From the IMG/VR virus record IMGVR_UViG_3300022758_000415: a stretch of DNA of 4,043 bases. One strand, given 5' to 3'. The notes under the pieces were generated by a model. The model ran no database searches and was not told where the DNA came from. It worked only from the letters and a program-made list of their open reading frames with translations. Below are positions 1-4,043 of this stretch, one piece after another (the stretch's first letter is position 1; every line of letters begins with the position of its first letter). Source of the DNA: a virus. Taxonomy: Duplodnaviria > Heunggongvirae > Uroviricota > Caudoviricetes. The position numbers and the translations under genes are program-made.

Positions 1-149
1 CGACTTCCGTACCAGTCCGCAAAATCCCCTGAATATCAAGCCTTCCGTAGATTTACAGTTCGTCATGGTTCGCGTCAGATCGTTGACAGCCGCACTCCAT
101 GACGGGTAAAAAAGTGGATAAAATAATTTTACCCACCGGATTTTTACCC

Positions 150-1308
150 ATGCTCACCGTTAAGCAGATTGAAGCAGCAAAGCCGAAAGAAAAACCATAC
201 CGCCTTCTCGATGGTAATGGCCTGTACCTTTATGTCCCTGTGTCAGGGAAAAAGGTATGGCAGCTTCGCTACAAGATTGACGGTAAGGAGAAAATCCTGA
301 CCGTCGGAAAATATCCGCTTATGACTTTGCAGGAGGCAAGGGATAAAGCATGGACTGCGAGGAAAGACATCTCGGTTGGCATCGATCCGGTAAAGGCGAA
401 AAAGGCTTCGTCTAACAACAATTCCTTTAGTGCGATTTACAAGGAATGGTACGAGCACAAGAAGCAAGTCTGGTCAGTAGGCTATGCAACTGAACTTGCC
501 AAAATGTTTGATGACGACATTTTACCTATCATCGGCAGCCTTGAAATTCAGGATATTGAGCCGATGCAACTTCTGGAAGTAATCCGCAGATTTGAAGATC
601 GCGGTGCAATGGAGCGAGCCAACAAAGCACGCAGAAGATGCGGCGAGGTTTTCCGTTACGCTATTGTCACCGGAAGGGCTAAATATAACCCGGCACCTGA
701 CCTTGCTGACGCCATGAAGGGATACCGCAAGAAGAACTTCCCGTTTCTTCCTGCAGACCAGATCCCTGCATTCAACAAAGCACTGGCAACATTTTCAGGA
801 AGTATCGTATCGCTCATTGCGACCAAAGTTTTACGCTACACAGCCCTAAGAACGAAAGAGCTTCGTTCCATGCAATGGAAGAACGTCGATTTTGAAAACA
901 GGATTATCACTATCGACGCCAGTGTGATGAAGGGACGCAAGATTCATGTTGTCCCGATGTCGGACCAGGTGGTTGAACTTCTCACTACGCTAAGCTCAAT
1001 CACCAAACCAGTATCAGAGTTTGATTTTTGCCGGGCGCAACGATAAGAAGAAGCCAATCTGCGAGAACGCGGTACTGCTTGTGATCAAACAAATCGGCTA
1101 TGAAGGTCTGGAAAGCGGTCACGGATTCAGGCATGAATTCAGCACGATTATGAACGAGCACGAATGGCCTGCTGATGCTATTGAAGTACAACTGGCACAT
1201 GCCAACGGCGGATCTGTACGCGGAATTTACAACCATGCTCAGTATCTCGATAAGCGCAGAGAAATGATGCAGTGGTGGGCAGACTGGCTTGATGAAAAGG
1301 TGGAGTGA
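150..1308 (+). pseudogene. intS: P4-family tyrosine integrase (IntS-like), reading frame broken by a 1-nt indel around the T5 run at 1025-1029; would be intact if that run is really T4
   Basis: Seen: ORF 99-1046 translates to an N-terminal domain (MLTVKQIEAAKPKEKPYRLLDGNGLYLYV...WQLRYKIDGKE) resembling the P4 integrase N-terminus. ORF 1021-1308, in the +1 frame, carries the catalytic region (GHGFRHEF, LAH, VRGIYNHAQY, MMQWWADWLD). The span 150-1308 is 1159 nt, not a multiple of 3. Deleting one T at 1025-1029 gives a continuous ...PVSEFDFAGRNDKKKP... Start assigned to ATG 150 (MLTVKQ) rather than ATG 99 because homology begins there; no strong Shine-Dalgarno at either. The symbol intS is by analogy to the int-gtrA-gtrB arrangement I recall in E. 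coli K-12 CPS-53, not from a search. Confidence 0.85.
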
Positions 1309-1396
1309 ACCACCTTAACTATCGAATGACACAAATCCTTGCAATCCAGTGCAAAGCTTTGTGTACCAGAGTTTTTCTTCATCAACTACCGCAAGT

Positions 1397-1406
1397 ATCG
1401 ATCGAT
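1397..1406. repeat. Perfect 10-bp palindrome ATCGATCGAT containing the only Dam GATC site in the int-gtrA intergenic region; regulatory role unproven
   Basis: Seen: ATCGATCGAT at 1397-1406 is self-complementary and is immediately followed by TTGAGA (1406-1411), a -35-like hexamer about 50 nt upstream of the gtrA ATG. No convincing -10 at canonical spacing. Confidence 0.25.
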
Positions 1407-1457
1407 TGAGACTTGGATGATAGACTTCATGCCTTTCAGAACTCATTGATTAAATAA

Positions 1458-1820
1458 ATGTTAAAGCTATTTGCAAAGTACACCTCGATTGGTGTGCTGA
1501 ACACACTTATACACTGGGTGGTTTTTGGTGTATGTATCTATGCCGCGCATACCAATCAGGCTCTGGCAAACTTCGCAGGTTTCGTTGTGGCTGTGAGTTT
1601 TAGCTTCTTCGCGAATGCAAAATTCACATTCAAAGCATCGACTACAACGATGCGCTACATGTTATTTGTCGGGTTCATGGGAACACTGAGTGCAACTGTT
1701 GGATGGGCTGCTGATAGATGTTCACTTCCTCCAATTATCACTCTCGTCACCTTTTCCGCCATCAGCCTGGTGTGCGGTTTCGTCTATTCAAAGTTCATTG
1801 TCTTTAGGGATGCGAAATGA
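1458..1820 (+). CDS. gtrA: GtrA, small 4-helix membrane protein of the O-antigen glucosylation system (flippase for undecaprenyl-phosphate glucose)
   Basis: Seen: 120-aa hydrophobic protein ([25 protein letters not shown]...[10 protein letters not shown]) matching my recollection of the highly conserved GtrA/YfdG family. Stop TGA 1818-1820 overlaps the gtrB ATG 1817-1819 (ATGA). Sits directly upstream of a GT2 gtrB. Weak Shine-Dalgarno. Confidence 0.9.
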   Translation: MLKLFAKYTSIGVLNTLIHWVVFGVCIYAAHTNQALANFAGFVVAVSFSFFANAKFTFKASTTTMRYMLFVGFMGTLSATVGWAADRCSLPPIITLVTFSAISLVCGFVYSKFIVFRDAK

Positions 1821-2716
1821 AGATATCTCTTGTAGTTCCTGTCTTCAATGAAGAAGAAGCGATACCAATTTTTTATAAAACGGTACGTGAATTCGAAGAG
1901 TTGAAGCCATATGAAGTGGAAATTGTTTTCATAAATGACGGAAGCAAAGACGCTACGGAGTCAATTATTAATGCTCTGGCTGTTTCTGATCCGCTAGTTG
2001 TTCCGCTGTCATTTACACGCAACTTTGGTAAAGAACCAGCATTGTTTGCAGGGTTAGACCATGCAACTGGCGATGCCGTGATTCCAATTGATGTTGACCT
2101 GCAAGACCCGATTGAGGTCATTCCTCATCTTATTGAAAAGTGGCAGGCAGGTGCTGATATGGTGCTGGCAAAGCGCTCTGACAGATCAACTGATGGTAGG
2201 TTAAAGCGTAAAACTGCTGAGTGGTTTTATAAACTTCACAACAAAATTAGTAATCCGCAGATTGAAGAGAACGTTGGTGACTTCCGTCTTATGTCACGAG
2301 AGATGGTAGAAAATATCAAACTACTGCCAGAGCGTAACCTGTTTATGAAAGGCGTTTTATCTTGGGTTGGCGGTAAGACGGATGTTGTTGAATACATCCG
2401 TGCTGAACGCGTTGCCGGAAGCACAAAGTTCAATGGCTGGAAGCTCTGGAACCTGGCGCTTGAGGGGATTACAAGTTTCTCGACCTTCCCCTTGCGCGTG
2501 TGGACTTACATCGGTCTACTTGTTGCGGGACTCTCGTTCCTTTACGGGGTGTGGATGATTTTCGACACATTGGTGTTCGGTAATGCTGTCCGTGGTTATC
2601 CATCGCTATTGGTTTCAATTCTTTTCCTGGGGGGAATTCAGTTGATAGGTATTGGTGTGCTTGGGGAATACATTGGCAGAATATATGTCGAAGTAAATCA
2701 AGACCAAGATATATAA
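1817..2716 (+). CDS. gtrB: GtrB, GT2-family bactoprenol glucosyltransferase; C-terminus as sequenced is probably frameshifted, authentic stop predicted at 2737-2739
   Basis: Seen: GT2 N-terminus [17 protein letters not shown], DxD-type motif IDVDLQDP, two C-terminal hydrophobic helices, and LGEYIGRIY as in ArnC/GtrB. RBS AGGGA about 6 nt upstream of the ATG. The annotated frame ends ...EVNQDQDI, while the +1 frame from about 2696 reads [14 protein letters not shown], containing the RPRY motif conserved at ArnC/GtrB C-termini. Confidence 0.9.
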   Translation: MKISLVVPVFNEEEAIPIFYKTVREFEELKPYEVEIVFINDGSKDATESIINALAVSDPLVVPLSFTRNFGKEPALFAGLDHATGDAVIPIDVDLQDPIEVIPHLIEKWQAGADMVLAKRSDRSTDGRLKRKTAEWFYKLHNKISNPQIEENVGDFRLMSREMVENIKLLPERNLFMKGVLSWVGGKTDVVEYIRAERVAGSTKFNGWKLWNLALEGITSFSTFPLRVWTYIGLLVAGLSFLYGVWMIFDTLVFGNAVRGYPSLLVSILFLGGIQLIGIGVLGEYIGRIYVEVNQDQDI

Positions 2717-2731
2717 TTAAGGGGTCTAAAG

Positions 2732-3138
2732 ATGTTTAAATTAACGCGATATGAAATGCCAGCGATACTTATAGTCGCTTGCTTCTTCCTTCCATTCTTT
2801 TATATGCCTCCTTTTGTGGATGATGTAGCAAGATATTCATACGGATATATCGGGCTAGCTTCTCAAGGTCGATTTCTTACCGAGTTGTATTACATCCTTT
2901 TGAATTCATCAGGAAGTTGATCTCGCCAGATGTTTATCAACTGAACCTTGTTGTTTCATTTGTTATCATGATAGTAGCCTGCAATTACTTTGCTGAATCT
3001 GTGTTTGGCAAGCAATGGATTGCAAAAACAATCACGATATGTGTTTTAATTTGTTCTCCATTTTATATTGAAAACATGTCATACCACATTGATGTTATTG
3101 GAATGTCGGCATCGTTTTCTTTGGCTATGCTGGAGTAG
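2732..3138 (+). pseudogene. N-terminal remnant (about 134 codons after correcting one frameshift) of a serotype-specific GT-C glucosyltransferase (gtr type gene); frameshifted and truncated
   Basis: Seen: occupies the third position of the gtr operon, with RBS AAGGGG upstream of ATG 2732. Hydrophobic N-terminus followed by PFVDDVARYSYG, which resembles the D[DE]xxRY first periplasmic loop motif of GT-C enzymes such as ArnT. ORFs 2732-2920 and 2917-3138 join if the T4 run at 2898-2901 is T5 (...ELYYILFEFIRKLISPDVYQ...). The frame ends at TAG 3136-3138, far short of the 400-500 aa expected for this family. Markedly AT-richer than its neighbours by eye. Confidence 0.55.
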
Positions 3139-3283
3139 CTGTTGCGGTATCGCAGTAATGACGAGTGTCAACAAACTTATCCATGCCATCGATATCAAGT
3201 ACGCAAAACCATGTGTGATTCGGCATTTCAACAGATGGTATTTGTTGCCCACGTCGACGTTTATCAATAAGACATACAGTCAT
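3125..3283 (-). CDS. Short 52-codon ORF translationally coupled to the upstream hypothetical gene; possibly the 5' remnant of a truncated gene
   Basis: Seen: ATG (complement of 3281-3283) overlaps the TGA stop of the 3826-3280 gene as ATGA. Translation is MTVCLIDKRRRGQQIPSVEMPNHTWFCVLDIDGMDKFVDTRHYCDTATATPA, ending at TAG (complement of 3125-3127). It was not in the supplied ORF track, presumably because it is short. It ends within about 14 nt of the end of the gtr-type remnant. Confidence 0.25.
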   Translation of the reverse strand: MTVCLIDKRRRGQQIPSVEMPNHTWFCVLDIDGMDKFVDTRHYCDTATATPA

Positions 3284-3826
3284 GGTTCCACCTTCTCTAT
3301 TTGCTTAAGACCGTCTCTCACTGCATTAAGTACGCGTTCCAGATACTGGTATTTCGGGTTTGGTACCGTTGGCCAGTCGGCATACCACGGATCATCACCA
3401 AAGAGATTCAGCAGTTTGTTACCGACGCCGAAACAACAGCAGCTTTCTTTTACGTCATCGGCGTTTTCCGCCTCGTCCCACATTTCGCGAGCCTGTACCG
3501 CGTCGATTTCTTTCTCTCTTCGTAACTTTATGATTTCTGACTTCACGAAAAGCAGATTTGCATCGTTGTCATCGTCGACCGTGCTTAGCAGTTGAGGGTC
3601 GAAAATTGTCGATTAGATAGTCGTTGCTAACTCGCTTAATGAACGTCTGCACATCATCACCGCCCATAGCAAACCAAGCCGCAGTCCACGCCTTTCCGTA
3701 GCAGGTGATGGTGATTCTTCCCTTACCAGGTTCGTAGTTTTCAATCATCACTCGAACCGGATCTAGTCGCTCTGCACCGGTTATAACGAATGACAACACA
3801 TCAATCTTTTCAACCGTTACACTCAC
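3280..3826 (-). CDS. Hypothetical acidic protein of about 180 aa, function unknown; interrupted as sequenced by a 1-nt indel at the A4 run 3602-3605
   Basis: Seen: GTG start at 3826-3824 preceded by a strong Shine-Dalgarno AAGGAGG (complement of 3834-3840) with a 7-nt spacer. ORFs 3826-3569 and 3546-3280 on the - strand join into one protein (...SNDYLIDNF/DPQLLSTVDDDNDANLLF...) if one base is removed from the homopolymer. Central acidic stretch, CCC triplet and a PWYADWPTVPNPKYQYL C-terminal region. I do not recognise the family. Confidence 0.6.
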
Positions 3827-3866
3827 TGGTTCGCCTCCTTTGCGAAGCTGGTCGGCGACTCGTTAA

Positions 3867-3894
3867 GTGATATGTAGCAATCTCCAAATGTTAA
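3867..3894 (-). promoter_or_regulatory. Candidate sigma70 promoter for the - strand hypothetical gene (-35 TTAACA, 16-nt spacer, -10 TATCAC)
   Basis: Seen: on the - strand, TTAACA (complement of 3889-3894) and TATCAC (complement of 3867-3872) separated by 16 nt, about 40 nt upstream of the GTG start. Hexamer match only, so weak. Confidence 0.2.
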
Positions 3895-4043
3895 CGAACC
3901 GCTCGACTGCATATGCTCCATAGGCCATCTCCACGCCCTGCGCCCGTACCTTCAGCCAAGAAAGCGTCGGTGGCTGTGGTTTCCGATATCGTTAATTTCA
4001 GGAAGAATCTCTTCCCATGTAGCGATATCGCCATTCAAATGCC

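Noticed and set aside
1-98. tRNA gene or attachment site at the left edge (P4-type integrases usually sit next to a tRNA)
   Set aside because: Neither strand of 1-98 shows a tRNA 3' end (no T-arm GGTTCGA-type motif or CCA-proximal acceptor pattern). The tRNA, if present, lies outside the window.
99-149. Using ATG 99 as the integrase start (N-terminal extension MTGKKVDKIILPTGFLP)
   Set aside because: Homology to the P4-type integrase N-terminus begins at MLTVKQ (ATG 150), and the extension has no counterpart I recognise. The choice is not certain, as neither start has a strong Shine-Dalgarno.
243-2558. Short ORFs inside int, gtrA and gtrB (243-467 -, 1000-1236 -, 1873-2121 -, 2236-2433 -, 2367-2558 +)
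   Set aside because: All overlap well-supported genes in other frames or on the opposite strand, and lack start-site signals or recognisable motifs.
3251-3260. Palindrome ACGTCGACGT just downstream of the - strand gene stop, considered as a terminator
   Set aside because: It is a loop-less perfect palindrome with no following T-tract and contains a SalI-type GTCGAC site, so it is not a credible intrinsic terminator.
3079-3525. ORFs 3079-3267 (-) and 3301-3525 (+)
   Set aside because: 3079-3267 is out of frame with the translationally coupled 3283-3125 ORF and has no RBS. 3301-3525 is antisense to the hypothetical gene. Both treated as spurious.
3068-3595. 175-aa + strand ORF (the longest ORF in the right-hand third of the window)
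   Set aside because: Its translation is low-complexity and serine-rich with no recognisable domain. Most of it lies antisense to the - strand gene, which has a strong RBS and conserved-looking sequence. Likely a shadow ORF.
1-4043. CRISPR array, IS element with terminal inverted repeats, or rRNA
   Set aside because: No spaced direct repeats, no transposase-like ORF, no flanking inverted repeats and no rRNA-like conserved stretches were seen.
1-4043. Claim of a previously undescribed biological system
   Set aside because: Most of the window is explained by a well-known integrase plus gtr cassette. The only unexplained coding content is the - strand hypothetical protein and its small partner ORF, for which I have no functional evidence.

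Overview
The window reads as the integrase-proximal end of a cryptic or degraded prophage carrying an O-antigen glucosylation (serotype-conversion) cassette; I see no convincing novel system. On the + strand: a P4-family tyrosine integrase (150-1308, frame broken), gtrA (1458-1820), gtrB (1817-2716) and an AT-rich N-terminal remnant of a type-specific GT-C glucosyltransferase (2732-3138). This matches the int-gtrA-gtrB-gtr(type) arrangement I recall for the E. coli K-12 CPS-53/KpLE1 element, which I cannot confirm without a database search. On the - strand, a unit of unknown function abuts that remnant: a roughly 180-aa acidic hypothetical protein (3826-3280, GTG start, strong RBS) and a translationally coupled 52-codon ORF (3283-3125). 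Four consecutive genes each carry a single-base indel at a short homopolymer, which points to either sequencing error or genuine prophage decay. No tRNA, rRNA, CRISPR array or IS element was found. All functional calls come from motif recognition in the translations, not from database hits.
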